From Candidatus Kapaibacterium sp. (GTDB lineage Bacteria > Bacteroidota > Ignavibacteria > Kapaibacteriales > UBA2268), in contig OY761611.1 of the NCBI GenBank assembly GCA_963664875.1, forward strand, positions 256,001 to 320,000: DNA of 64,000 nt, given 5' to 3'. Under the pieces are notes generated by a model. The model was not told where the DNA came from. It saw nothing but the letters and a program-made list of their open reading frames with translations, and did no database searches. Each line of letters opens with the position of its first letter. Positions within the stretch are counted from its first letter, which is position 1. The translations under genes and the position numbers were made by a program. This document shows, in pieces, positions 1 through 9,941 of this stretch.

Positions 1-69
1 TTCTCGTGAAGAAACGATATTCTTGCTGAGCAGATAAAAAACTATTCCTAACAATCGTTTGATTTTCAT
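1..69 (-). CDS. Partial CDS (runs off window start): N-terminus of a probable YafY-family HTH/WYL transcriptional regulator
   Basis: ATG at 69 on minus strand, 6 nt after the Dabb stop; reads MKIKRLLGIVFYLLSKNIVSSRE, resembling the MKIDRLLxIxxxLL..VTAxELA start of YafY HTH_11 proteins; only 23 codons visible. Confidence 0.55.
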   Translation of the reverse strand, partial: MKIKRLLGIVFYLLSKNIVSSRE

Positions 70-75
70 TTTTAC

Positions 76-366
76 CTATAAAGTATAATCTACCGCTGCA
101 GAATCTGTTTTATATTTAGCAATAAACTCTACTACTTTTATGTGTTCAGGATGCACTCGGTACGAGTTCAAATCATCCATATTTTCAAAAGCAGAAACAA
201 GTGAAATATCCCATGCCCTTTCTCCGGGTACTTCATTTAGCCCTATTTCAAATTCCAAAATAAAAGGGATTTTTTTCTTTAAGCTTTCCAATTTTTCTTT
301 GATAGCTTTTGCATTTTCAGCCTTATTTTCATCTTTAATTCTGAAAAAAACTAAGTGCTTCACCAT
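76..366 (-). CDS. Dabb-family stress-responsive alpha/beta barrel protein
   Basis: MVKHLVFFRIK start, IPFILEFEIG, YRVHPEH motif, AAVDY C-terminus typical of Dabb. Confidence 0.9.
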   Translation of the reverse strand: MVKHLVFFRIKDENKAENAKAIKEKLESLKKKIPFILEFEIGLNEVPGERAWDISLVSAFENMDDLNSYRVHPEHIKVVEFIAKYKTDSAAVDYTL

Positions 367-372
367 TGTTTT

Positions 373-927
373 TTACTCCGTTACTTTAACTTTTTCATCA
401 AATAATCTATCTACTTTGTCTCTATTTACCATCATGTATTCTTCTAATGTAATTCCTTCTAAGGGGATATCAAAAATCTCAAAGAATGCTTTTCTTTCTA
501 CATTCATATAATATTTTCTGTTTTGATGATTCAAGCTCATATCGATGATATTAAGTGAGATTTTATCATTAAATAGCTTGAAAGGAATCGTAGAAAAAGC
601 AACTCTAACTCGGTCATGGTCGTCCCAAAATTCCTGATATTGCTCAGCAGTAAGCGGATCATCAGGATGAATTGTCTGATACTCGCCATAGTTTTCACAG
701 AAGAGTATTATCGCAATTTTTCCTACAATTTTTATATCTTTTACAAAATTAAGGAATGGTGTTTCGTGAAGTTGTCTGACTACTGCTTCTTCTTTTTGCA
801 TTTCTACTACTTTTGCACTATCAACAATTTGTTGAGTAGTTTTTTCTATCGGTTTTTCTTCTTCTTTTTGAGAACATGCACCAAAACTTAGGGCAACAAG
901 CAAAGAGAGTAACAATACTTTTTTCAT
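373..927 (-). CDS. Hypothetical lipoprotein
   Basis: MKK + hydrophobic stretch + FGAC lipobox; 3 nt downstream of lnt stop. Confidence 0.75.
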   Translation of the reverse strand: MKKVLLLSLLVALSFGACSQKEEEKPIEKTTQQIVDSAKVVEMQKEEAVVRQLHETPFLNFVKDIKIVGKIAIILFCENYGEYQTIHPDDPLTAEQYQEFWDDHDRVRVAFSTIPFKLFNDKISLNIIDMSLNHQNRKYYMNVERKAFFEIFDIPLEGITLEEYMMVNRDKVDRLFDEKVKVTE

Positions 928-930
928 AGG

Positions 931-2559
931 TTAATCCTTATTTTGAGTAATATTTATTTTACTATATTTTGCATATATAATAGAAATTAGTACAAAGACA
1001 AAAGATATTTTGCCAATAAAATCTCCATACTTAGAATATATACTTATTTCTGTTATTGCAGGAACTTCAACTTTAATACCTGCTTGTTCGTATTGAGGCA
1101 ATTCTGATACGCTTTCTCCGGTTAGAGAAATCAAACCACTAATGCCTGAATTAGCACATCTTGCAATGAACCGTCTGTTTTCAATAGCTCTTGCTCTTGC
1201 AATCATATAATGCTGATAAGGCCCCGGAGTGTGATTATACCAAGCGTCATTTGTGATGATAACAAGAATATTTGCACCTTCATTTACGAATTGAGTACAG
1301 AATTCGGGATAAATAGATTCAATGCAGATGATAGTTCCTATCTTATATTCGAAATTATCTTTCTTAAAGTTTAAGGTAGAAATTGATTCACCTTTTCCCC
1401 ATGCAGAAATGCCAACTCCCCAGTTTAGAAAATCAGTAGCAAATGGTATATACTCTGCATACGGAATACGTTCTGCAAATGGTGTGAGTTTCGATTTTCT
1501 GTATATTTGTGGAGGATTTGACATGTTTGGAGAAATAAGCACAGAGGAATTATATGCCTGAAAATAGACAGTGCTGTCCCATGCTGCCTTTTTAGAAAGA
1601 GCTGGTGCCGTCTCCTTATCGAAGAGTTCATAACGAGCCATGCCGGTAATTAAATATGTACCCGATGTATCAATCCATCTCTGCAAAAATGAGAAATTGT
1701 TGTAGCAATTAAAGCTCATCGATAGATATGGTATCGCAGTTTCAGACCACAAAGCCACATCAGATTTACCGGAAACCTTTGCAAGAGAATCTTGAATAGC
1801 TATATGCTTTAAAACCTGTCCCTCAGGGGAGAGAGACCATTTGTCCCATGGATCCATATTGGGCTGAATAATAGAGATGTTTAGTGTGCTATTAGACGTT
1901 GTAGTTTCATAATTATCAACTTTGACATAGCCATAAACTATCGGCAAAATAATCAAAACAAGTATTGCCACAGAAGGTAGAGAAAAAGCCTTTAAGTCTT
2001 TCTTACTGCTGTCCGATAAATATTTTACAATATATAGCACGAGAGAGTTTACCGATGCTATTACAAATCCGGCTCCGTAAATACCCCAAATATCAAGCTG
2101 CTGTATCCAATAAAAAAAATCAATTTGGCTATAACCAATGTTCAGCCAAGGGTAGCTTAGTTCGCCTAAGCCGTGTCCCCACTCAAAAAAAGTCCAGATA
2201 AATGGGAAAGAGATAAGAGCAGTTTTGAAATTTGTTTTGCGTCTAATATATCGATAGAGAATAATCGGTATCAAAAAAAAGAAAGGATTTATTAGCCAAA
2301 CTGCAAACCCGGAAATAAAAAGATAAGGATCTGTGTTTTCCTGCCAGCTACTAATCCACCAATTAGACATTCCGTGATAAATAAAGAAAGTAAGATATGT
2401 TTTCAAAATATATTTAGAATTCTGAGACTCATTTTCAAATGAAAAAAGTAGCGGTACAAATGCAACAAAGGCCAAAAAGGGGAGAGGCATCGGAGGAAAA
2501 GCAAGTCCTAAAAACAATCCTGTTATAATAAATGGGATTAAACCTTTTAACTTGTGCAT
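931..2559 (-). CDS. lnt: Apolipoprotein N-acyltransferase
   Basis: Multiple N-terminal TM helices, YPWLNIGYSQ, nitrilase-type triad motifs WSETA / YRKSKLTPFAE / IICIES, ITNDAWY, RAIENRR. Confidence 0.95.
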   Translation of the reverse strand: MHKLKGLIPFIITGLFLGLAFPPMPLPFLAFVAFVPLLFSFENESQNSKYILKTYLTFFIYHGMSNWWISSWQENTDPYLFISGFAVWLINPFFFLIPIILYRYIRRKTNFKTALISFPFIWTFFEWGHGLGELSYPWLNIGYSQIDFFYWIQQLDIWGIYGAGFVIASVNSLVLYIVKYLSDSSKKDLKAFSLPSVAILVLIILPIVYGYVKVDNYETTTSNSTLNISIIQPNMDPWDKWSLSPEGQVLKHIAIQDSLAKVSGKSDVALWSETAIPYLSMSFNCYNNFSFLQRWIDTSGTYLITGMARYELFDKETAPALSKKAAWDSTVYFQAYNSSVLISPNMSNPPQIYRKSKLTPFAERIPYAEYIPFATDFLNWGVGISAWGKGESISTLNFKKDNFEYKIGTIICIESIYPEFCTQFVNEGANILVIITNDAWYNHTPGPYQHYMIARARAIENRRFIARCANSGISGLISLTGESVSELPQYEQAGIKVEVPAITEISIYSKYGDFIGKISFVFVLISIIYAKYSKINITQNKD

Positions 2560-2732
2560 TTTTAGCTCCTGATTGCGTTTTCGTTTTTTGCAATTTAAGT
2601 ATTGTAGAGCAAATCATAAAGTACTACATTCAAATTTGCAGTAATTTAACGAACCTATTGTTTACCTTAGCTGTATAAGAAAAAGAAGAAAAATTTGTAT
2701 CTTGCATACTTTATTCTCTTAAAAAAGACAAT

Positions 2733-3677
2733 ATGAAAATAAGCGTAATCATTATTACACATAATCGACTTGAAGATTTGAAAAGAACTATTCCTGCATT
2801 CTTATCCCAATCTTATGAGAATAAAGAAATAATACTTGTCGATAACGCTTCCTCTGATGGAACTCCACAGTGGATTAAACAAGAGTATCCTTTTGTAAAA
2901 TACTTGTGGTTGCCCGATAATTTTGATATCAGAGCGATAAACATCGGTATAGAAATGTCTGATGGCGATATTATCTGGAGAACTGATGATGACTCATACC
3001 CTGAAAATCAAAATACATTTGAAAGAATAGTTGAGATTTTTGAGCAGAACAATGATATTGACATTATTGCTACTGAAGATGTTGAAGTAAGGCAAAATTA
3101 CAGAGTATGGGAGTGGTATCCGCTTAATGTGGACAAATCAAATGTACCGGAAAAGGGATTCCAATCAAATGTTTTCCCGGGAACAGGTGCCGCTATCAGA
3201 CGAAAAGTATATGATAAAATAGGTGGGTTTTGGGAGTTTGGTTTCGAAGAGTTAGATTTTTGTACAAGGGCTATTGTGGCAGGCTTTAACGTTAGATATT
3301 TTCCAAATATCAGAACTTTGCATTGGGCTTCTCCGAGTGGAAGGCAAAGCGGTACACGCTGGGTGAAAGTGTCTAAACAGTTCATAAGATACCACTGGAG
3401 ATATTTTCCATTCGCTCAGGCATTAGGACGCTCCTTTCAAATTTACTTCTTCCAGCTTACTGTTGCCTTGCTCCAAAGAATACCAATTTCTGCGTTTTTT
3501 GAAGGTGCATTTGGAATGTTAGCTACAATGTTTGGTACATATCGTGATGAAAGATCTGTAGTTCCCAAAGAAAAGATTAAAGATATCACTCTGGGAGTTA
3601 CAATAGGCAGGAATCAAAGAAAATATTTTGCGGATGTAATCAGAAAGAAATTAGGCAAATGGTTCAGAAAAAGCTAA
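2733..3677 (+). CDS. Glycosyltransferase family 2
   Basis: ISVIIITHNR, VDNASSDGT, DDD acidic motif, GGFWE..EELDF. Confidence 0.9.
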   Translation: MKISVIIITHNRLEDLKRTIPAFLSQSYENKEIILVDNASSDGTPQWIKQEYPFVKYLWLPDNFDIRAINIGIEMSDGDIIWRTDDDSYPENQNTFERIVEIFEQNNDIDIIATEDVEVRQNYRVWEWYPLNVDKSNVPEKGFQSNVFPGTGAAIRRKVYDKIGGFWEFGFEELDFCTRAIVAGFNVRYFPNIRTLHWASPSGRQSGTRWVKVSKQFIRYHWRYFPFAQALGRSFQIYFFQLTVALLQRIPISAFFEGAFGMLATMFGTYRDERSVVPKEKIKDITLGVTIGRNQRKYFADVIRKKLGKWFRKS

Positions 3678-4885
3678 AAATACTTCAAATTTCTCCACAG
3701 TTTCCATTTCCGATGACTGATGGAGGGAAGATTGGCATAGCAAATATTTATAAAGAATATTCCGCTTTAGGGCACGAAGTAACCTTTTGTGCATATATTG
3801 ACAGCATAGTTGAACAAATACATATCCAAGAAGCTGAAAAATATGGTAAAGTTATACTTATACCTCATTCAACCAGAAATACTCCTTTAAAAATTGCCGG
3901 TTCTTTATTTAAAGCAAAATCGCTTTATACATCTAAGCATTTTTCGGAAGCAGCGTTTAGAGAGTATAAAAGTATTATTGAGTCAAATGATTTTGATATA
4001 ATTCATTGCGACCATTCCGCTATGATGCCTATTGCACTTGAGCTTAAAAAAATTACTAACATTCCGATAGCTTTAAGACTTCATAATATAGAATATACTA
4101 TCTGGGAAAGATATGCCAGTGTGTTAAGTAATCTACATCCTAAAAAGTGGTATATTCTGAATCAGGCAAAGAAACTTAGAGAAGAAGAATCTCATTTCTA
4201 TCAACAGGCAGATGTCTGCTTTGCCATCACTGAGGCAGACAAGGCGAGAGCGTATCAAATTGCAAGAGGTGCGAATGTTTGTGTTGCTACGGCTGGAGTT
4301 AACTTAGATGAATGGAAACCGCTACCCAATATCTCAAAAGAAAACGCTTTGATGGTTCTTGCTACAAATTACGATTGGATTCACAACGTTGATGGTGCGA
4401 TATGGTTCATCAAAAAGGTTCTTCCTCTGGTAATTAAACAATATCCAAATGCAAAATTGCAGTTAATTGGTAAAAATCCACCAGACGCTTTGAAACAATT
4501 ACAAAATAATTCAGTTGAAGTACTTGGTTTTGTTCCGTCAGTTAAAGAGTATCTGTCTAGAGCTAATATATACGTAGCTCCTTTATTTGTTGGAGGTGGC
4601 ATACGTATAAAAATATTAGAGGCAATGGCAATGCATCTACCTGTCGTTGCAACTTCTGTATCTGCAGAAGGTATAGTTGCCGGAGAAGCAGATGGACTTT
4701 TTCGTGCTGATAGTGCTCATGATACATCTAATGTCATCATACAGCTATTAGATAACAAAACACTTGCCTCTGCAAGAGGAACAGCGGCTGCTAAATTCAT
4801 TTCTCAAAATCATACTTGGAAACAATGCGTTGGCATAATGTCTGATTGCCTTCTATCTATTGTAAAAAAACAAAAAATTTATTGA
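3659..4885 (+). CDS. Glycosyltransferase family 4 (GT-B)
   Basis: FPFPMTDGG, HNIEY, GFVPSV, GGGIRIKILEAMA; overlaps the upstream GT2. Confidence 0.9.
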   Translation: MVQKKLKILQISPQFPFPMTDGGKIGIANIYKEYSALGHEVTFCAYIDSIVEQIHIQEAEKYGKVILIPHSTRNTPLKIAGSLFKAKSLYTSKHFSEAAFREYKSIIESNDFDIIHCDHSAMMPIALELKKITNIPIALRLHNIEYTIWERYASVLSNLHPKKWYILNQAKKLREEESHFYQQADVCFAITEADKARAYQIARGANVCVATAGVNLDEWKPLPNISKENALMVLATNYDWIHNVDGAIWFIKKVLPLVIKQYPNAKLQLIGKNPPDALKQLQNNSVEVLGFVPSVKEYLSRANIYVAPLFVGGGIRIKILEAMAMHLPVVATSVSAEGIVAGEADGLFRADSAHDTSNVIIQLLDNKTLASARGTAAAKFISQNHTWKQCVGIMSDCLLSIVKKQKIY

Positions 4886-4937
4886 CCTAACAAGCCAAAC
4901 CCTCAATAATAGAATTTAAAAAAATAAGAATATAAAA

Positions 4938-4976
4938 ATGCCTGCAGCGATTTCATATAAGCGTCTCTACAGGCAT
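4938..4976. terminator. Imperfect hairpin between convergent GT4 and TonB-receptor genes, possible terminator
   Basis: ATGCCTG...CAGGCAT inverted repeat flanked by A-runs. Confidence 0.45.
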
Positions 4977-5032
4977 AGTAAAAAAGATAAGTCCGATATT
5001 GTTATTTTTATATATAAGTCATATTAGTCGCT

Positions 5033-6976
5033 CTAAAGATCTAAATCTGTGTTTATTCCTACTTTCAGCCATCTCCCGGGTATTGCTACATTGGGAATAT
5101 CAGAGACTTGATTATTTAAGATATTAGAAACTTCTGCATAAACTGTGTAATGTTCCTTTTGGAGATATAATTTAGCATCCAATATAAACAAATCATTATA
5201 TGGTTCTTCTGATTCCGGAGTTAAAGTAACAGAATTAAATTTGGTATAAGTTCCGTTTCTGTCTTGGTAGCTGAACTTCCAATCTGCTTTGATATTAAAT
5301 GCAAGATTGTGATTAAGAGATAAAGTTAGTTTATGTCTGAGGTTGTCCAATACGTAATAGGAGATATAGTCTTCACTGCTTTTGCTGTTCTCTGTAAAAG
5401 TATAGCTGATATTCAAATAGTTAACTGGAACAAAAGTATTTAATGTTTTGGTTAAATAGATATATGTTGAAATATCAAAACCTGTAGTTGTGAGTTCAGT
5501 TAAGTTACGAGTAGTCCATTTAGTGTCTTCAGGATTCTCCTTAATCCAGTCAATCATATCTTTGCCTTTTCTGACAAATACGGATGCAGTAGAACGCAAT
5601 ACAGAGTTGTTATATTTGATTCCGGATTCAACTGTATATGCTTTTTCAGGAAGTAAGTCAGGATTCCCTATGTTGCTCGGTCCGGTATAGAACAAATCTG
5701 TAAATGTTGGCATTCGCATAGTATTATTGAGAGATATAAAACAACTTAAATTATCGTAGGCCTTGTAGGATAAATCTATTCCTCCACACAAATTGGTATT
5801 GTATTCTTTTGTATAGTTAATAGCAGCTCCACCGCTAACTGAAAAGTCAGAAATTTGTAGATTATGTTCCAAAAATATGGAAGTTGTGTTTCTGGTATAT
5901 TCTTTTTTAAAGACTGCATTGTCTTCAAATGGCACATCTTTGTATTCTGACATGTCGTTACCGAGGTTAGTACTGAGTATATTTTCAGTTCTATATTCTA
6001 CGCCGAAATTTGAAATACCATAGTCAGAGATGACCGAAACATTCGCTTGTCCACCATAAGTATGAGTTAGATGGTAGTTGTGGTTTGAGTACCAAGCAGG
6101 AGCGTTAGAGCGAAAAAGCTCGAACCTGTCTTGATGACGTCTATAATATATTTTTGGAGTAAATTTTATTAGAGAGCCTGTTTCAAATTGGATAGAAGCA
6201 AAGCTAGTTCTTGTATGTTCGAATTGATTAGGATATTTTGGTGTGTAAAAGCTGTTAGCTCCAAATTCTTTATTGTTGTGTCCTACCTGCATCATAAGAT
6301 TAGAATTCCCGATTTGATGTTTGTGTTTTGCATATAAATTTAAAATATCAAAATCTGTATTTGGAATAAATCCATCTGATTTCATTTTAGAAACAGCAAG
6401 AAATGAAGATGTATTTTCAGTAGCAATCGTACCGTTTAAGCCGGTTTTGTATAACCCAAATTCTCCACCCGAAGCATTAAAAGAAAGGTTGTTGTTATTC
6501 TTTTGTTTAGTGATGATATTTATTGCTCCGGAAAAGGCATTAGGTCCAAAAACTCTAGAACCCGGACCTTGAAGAATTTCTATTCTATCAATTGATTCCA
6601 AATCAACTGGGATATTCATATTATGGTGTCCTGTTTGGGCATCTGTTATATTTATTCCATTGAGCAAAATCATAGTCTGATCGAAAGAACCGCCTCTGAT
6701 ACTTATATCAGATTGCACACCGAAATTACCTCGTTGTCTGACATCTACACCCGAAGAAAATTCTAATAGCTCAGGGAGTGATTGGACAGGTGCATTCTCT
6801 ATTTGTGCATTATCAATGATAGAGACAACTCTTGCTGATTCACTATATAGTTTGGGAACTCTGGTTGCTGTAACCGTTATAGGATTAATTTTGACAGTGG
6901 TTGTGTCTTGAGAAAATGATGTGTATGAAACTAAAAAAAGTGCGAAAATAACACAATAAATTTGATGGCGTTGCAT
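5033..6976 (-). CDS. TonB-dependent receptor (BtuB-like plug + barrel)
   Basis: Signal peptide, ITVTATR TonB-box region, plug motifs SIRGG, LLNGI, IDRIEILQGPGS..FG..AFSGAINIITK, GNPDLLPE; ATG at 6976 with GAGGT SD. Confidence 0.9.
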   Translation of the reverse strand: MQRHQIYCVIFALFLVSYTSFSQDTTTVKINPITVTATRVPKLYSESARVVSIIDNAQIENAPVQSLPELLEFSSGVDVRQRGNFGVQSDISIRGGSFDQTMILLNGINITDAQTGHHNMNIPVDLESIDRIEILQGPGSRVFGPNAFSGAINIITKQKNNNNLSFNASGGEFGLYKTGLNGTIATENTSSFLAVSKMKSDGFIPNTDFDILNLYAKHKHQIGNSNLMMQVGHNNKEFGANSFYTPKYPNQFEHTRTSFASIQFETGSLIKFTPKIYYRRHQDRFELFRSNAPAWYSNHNYHLTHTYGGQANVSVISDYGISNFGVEYRTENILSTNLGNDMSEYKDVPFEDNAVFKKEYTRNTTSIFLEHNLQISDFSVSGGAAINYTKEYNTNLCGGIDLSYKAYDNLSCFISLNNTMRMPTFTDLFYTGPSNIGNPDLLPEKAYTVESGIKYNNSVLRSTASVFVRKGKDMIDWIKENPEDTKWTTRNLTELTTTGFDISTYIYLTKTLNTFVPVNYLNISYTFTENSKSSEDYISYYVLDNLRHKLTLSLNHNLAFNIKADWKFSYQDRNGTYTKFNSVTLTPESEEPYNDLFILDAKLYLQKEHYTVYAEVSNILNNQVSDIPNVAIPGRWLKVGINTDLDL

Positions 6977-7205
6977 TTGGTAAACCTCGAAATAAATAAT
7001 CAATTGTATTGATTATAATATTTCAGAGATGGCGATTATTTCCAAAAGAAAAAATATGGCATAGTTTGAAAATGCCCGAAATTATAAAATATCAGACATA
7101 ATAACAGAAATGTAATAATGTATATAAATCTATAATCATATCATAAATGATGTTACCAAATATTAAATAGGGTGTATCGTGAAAAAGGTTAAAAATAGAT
7201 AACGA

Positions 7206-8363
7206 TTATAGAATGTAAAATAAAATCGAAATAGTAGCACCGGTGTCAATATTATTTTGTGCTTTTATAGCTGCATTGTGACTATCTAAGATAATTTTTG
7301 CTGTAGCCATGCCTAAGCCAAAACCCTCACCATGCGACATTAAATCATCAGATTCAAAAAAGGTGAATAAATTGGACAATGCTTCTTTGGAGAATCCTAT
7401 TCCTTTATCTATAATATCTAATCTGACTTCGTCCGCATTTTTAGTAAGTCTAATCTCGATAATACCATTTTCGTAGGAATATTTAATGGAGTTATCTAAA
7501 ATTATTTCTATAACTTTTTGGATTAAATAAGAGTCTCCCTTAATGCTAAACTCTTCTTTTGTAAGCTCTTTACGAAGATTGATAGATTTGGCAGCAAGTT
7601 TGTTCTCCAGACTCATTACTGCAGTTTCAATCAGTAGTTTGATTGGAATATCTTCTATATGGAAATGATATGAGTTATTTTGAATACGAGTAATCAACTG
7701 AGAAAAGCTGGAAAATCTATGCAATCTTGATACTGATTGTTTGATATTATCAAGATATTCAAGGTGTTCGCTATCGCTAATTTCAGCTTTAAGCAGGTTC
7801 ACAAATCCATCTATTCCTGTTAGAGGAGTATTGAGTTCGTGAGCAAGCAAACTTAGAAAATAATTCTTAGATTTATCGAGTTGAAGGAGTTTTTGGTTAG
7901 CCGCATTTAGCTCTTGAGTTCTGACCAAAACTTTTTCTTCCAATGTTGCATTTAGCTCTTTAAGTTGTAGAGTTTTATCGTGCAGCTCTAATTGAGTACG
8001 TACCCTAGCAATAAGTTCTTCTGAATTGAATGGCTTTGTTAAATAATCAACTGCACCCATTCTAAATCCTTTAACAATATCTTCTGTTTCGGTTTTTGCA
8101 GTAAGAAAAATCACAGGAATATCTTTTGTAGATTCTTGAGATTTAATAATTTCGCAAACTTCATAACCGTCCATCTCAGGCATCATAACATCTAAAAGAA
8201 TCATAGCAGGTGTGATTTCCTGCAAAGTTTCCAAAGCTGAGGCTCCGCTGTCTGCCATCGCAATTTCGCAACCTTGTTGATACAAAATTGTGCCGAGTAC
8301 CTGTAAATTTTTAGGAACATCATCAACAATCAAAATAATTGGCTTTTCAATATTGTTGCTCAT
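7206..8363 (-). CDS. Hybrid receiver-histidine kinase (REC-HisKA-HATPase)
   Basis: ILIVDD, LLDVMMP, KPF; AHELNTPL H-box; DNSIKY, DKGIG, GFGLG. Confidence 0.92.
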   Translation of the reverse strand: MSNNIEKPIILIVDDVPKNLQVLGTILYQQGCEIAMADSGASALETLQEITPAMILLDVMMPEMDGYEVCEIIKSQESTKDIPVIFLTAKTETEDIVKGFRMGAVDYLTKPFNSEELIARVRTQLELHDKTLQLKELNATLEEKVLVRTQELNAANQKLLQLDKSKNYFLSLLAHELNTPLTGIDGFVNLLKAEISDSEHLEYLDNIKQSVSRLHRFSSFSQLITRIQNNSYHFHIEDIPIKLLIETAVMSLENKLAAKSINLRKELTKEEFSIKGDSYLIQKVIEIILDNSIKYSYENGIIEIRLTKNADEVRLDIIDKGIGFSKEALSNLFTFFESDDLMSHGEGFGLGMATAKIILDSHNAAIKAQNNIDTGATISILFYIL

Positions 8364-8448
8364 AAAATACCGAAGTGGGTTGAGTAATACAGAATAGAAT
8401 ATTATACGAATAAGAATTGATTAAGTTGGAATATTCAGCTTGAAAATC

Positions 8449-8479
8449 AAAAAAAAGCCCAAAAAAGATATTTGGGCTT
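8449..8479 (-). terminator. Rho-independent terminator after tsaD
   Basis: AAGCCCAAA-N7-TTTGGGCTT stem with poly-A on + strand (U-tract on minus transcript). Confidence 0.75.
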
Positions 8480-8487
8480 AAATGTAA

Positions 8488-9522
8488 TTATTTGCTTTTC
8501 GTTTTTTTAGTTTTAGCTCTCAGTGCTGTTGGATTTACAATAAAATCCAAATCATCAAAGCCTGAACTGCCATTTTCTTCGTATTTTTTTTGAGCAATGA
8601 AGCCAATCATAGCAGCATTATCCATGCAATATATCATATCCGGAGCGACTGTTTTCATGTTAAATTTAGCAGCCTCTTCAGTCATTTGAGATCTTAATTG
8701 AGAATTGGCTGATACTCCGCCGGCAATAACAATCGTTTTTGCTTTAAACTTTTTAGCTGCTGCAAGAGTTTTATGGACTAAAACGTCAACAATAGCACTT
8801 TGAACTGAAGCGGCTAAGTCAGGCATTTTATCTTCAGGTACACCTTCAGGAAATGTCTTTTGCACAAAGTAACGTACAGAAGTTTTTAGACCTGAAAAGC
8901 TAAAATCGAAATCGTCTGAATGTATCATTGAACGAGGGAAATCATAAGTTTTATCATTTCCTTGTTTTGATAATTTGTCTATCAAAGGTCCACCGGGATA
9001 AGTTAATCCCATCAGTTTGGCTATTTTATCAAAAGCTTCACCTGCTGCATCGTCTCGTGTCATTCCAACGATGTCATATTCATTATAAGATTTGACATTA
9101 AAAATTACTGTGTGGCCACCGCTGACAACTAATGTTACAAAAGGAAAAGTAATGGAGCTGTCTTGCAAGCAACCCGAATAAAGATGTCCTTCAATATGAT
9201 TCACAGGGATAATAGGTTTGTTGTACCTGATAGCAAGACCTTTGGCAAAATTGGAACCGACTATAAGAGAGCCAACTAATCCGGGCTCTGTAGTTACGGC
9301 AAAGGCATCTATGTTTTCTATATTTAATTCACTTTGTTTAAGTGCCTCTGCAGTGAGAGCAGAAATTAATTTGATATGAGCTCTCGAAGCAAGTTCAGGA
9401 ATGATACCACCATACTTCCCATGAAATTTTTGGGAGGAGATAAGACAGCTTTTCACTTTATCGGAATCTAACACTGAGACAGAAGTATCGTCACAGGAAG
9501 ACTCAATAGCTAATATTCTCAT
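8488..9522 (-). CDS. tsaD: tRNA N6-adenosine threonylcarbamoyltransferase
   Basis: ILAIESSCDDT, GGIIPELASRAH, HIEGH, VSGGHT, DDAAGEAFDK, FSFSGLKT, DNAAMI. Confidence 0.97.
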   Translation of the reverse strand: MRILAIESSCDDTSVSVLDSDKVKSCLISSQKFHGKYGGIIPELASRAHIKLISALTAEALKQSELNIENIDAFAVTTEPGLVGSLIVGSNFAKGLAIRYNKPIIPVNHIEGHLYSGCLQDSSITFPFVTLVVSGGHTVIFNVKSYNEYDIVGMTRDDAAGEAFDKIAKLMGLTYPGGPLIDKLSKQGNDKTYDFPRSMIHSDDFDFSFSGLKTSVRYFVQKTFPEGVPEDKMPDLAASVQSAIVDVLVHKTLAAAKKFKAKTIVIAGGVSANSQLRSQMTEEAAKFNMKTVAPDMIYCMDNAAMIGFIAQKKYEENGSSGFDDLDFIVNPTALRAKTKKTKSK

Positions 9523-9525
9523 AAA

Positions 9526-9924
9526 TTATACTTTCAAATTTGAATTTTGTAGTTCAATCTTTTTAATTTTTTTTTCTAAAGTTTGAGCAGTAAATGGTTT
9601 TACAATATAGTCGTTAACTCTTGCCCTCATAGCTTCCATGACATCTGTCTTGTTGTCTTTGGAAGTTACCATTAGAATGGGTACGTTCTCAAGTTTCTTA
9701 TTAGACCTCATTGCTCTGGCTAAATCTAGTCCACTGAACTTTGGCATAATCCAATCTGTAATAACCAAATCGAAATGATGTTTGCCCATAAGTTCTAATG
9801 CTTCGTTACCATCTTCAGCTTCCAATATATCACTATATCCTAAAGTTTTTAAGGAATTAATTAGTACTCGGCGCATTATGGACAAATCTTCTACAACCAA
9901 TATTTTCTTGATTTCATAAATCAT
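9526..9924 (-). CDS. Single-domain CheY-like response regulator
   Basis: ILVVED..IMRR, LVITDWIMP, PILMVT, YIVKPFT..TL..KI closely resemble CheY; ATG at 9924 preferred (no overlap with cinA). Confidence 0.88.
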   Translation of the reverse strand: MIYEIKKILVVEDLSIMRRVLINSLKTLGYSDILEAEDGNEALELMGKHHFDLVITDWIMPKFSGLDLARAMRSNKKLENVPILMVTSKDNKTDVMEAMRARVNDYIVKPFTAQTLEKKIKKIELQNSNLKV

Positions 9925-9941
9925 ATAGCACTCAATCGCTT

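Noticed and set aside
140-891. Plus-strand ORFs 140-511 and 616-891, and the many similar short antisense ORFs across the window
   Set aside because: They overlap confident genes on the opposite strand and have the Ser/Phe/Ile-rich composition typical of antisense frames
6977-7205. Possible cobalamin riboswitch or Fur box upstream of the BtuB-like receptor
   Set aside because: No GGGAA / GCCACTG B12-box elements seen; only a short GGCAT-N9-ATGCC repeat and AT-rich sequence, with no convincing Fur consensus
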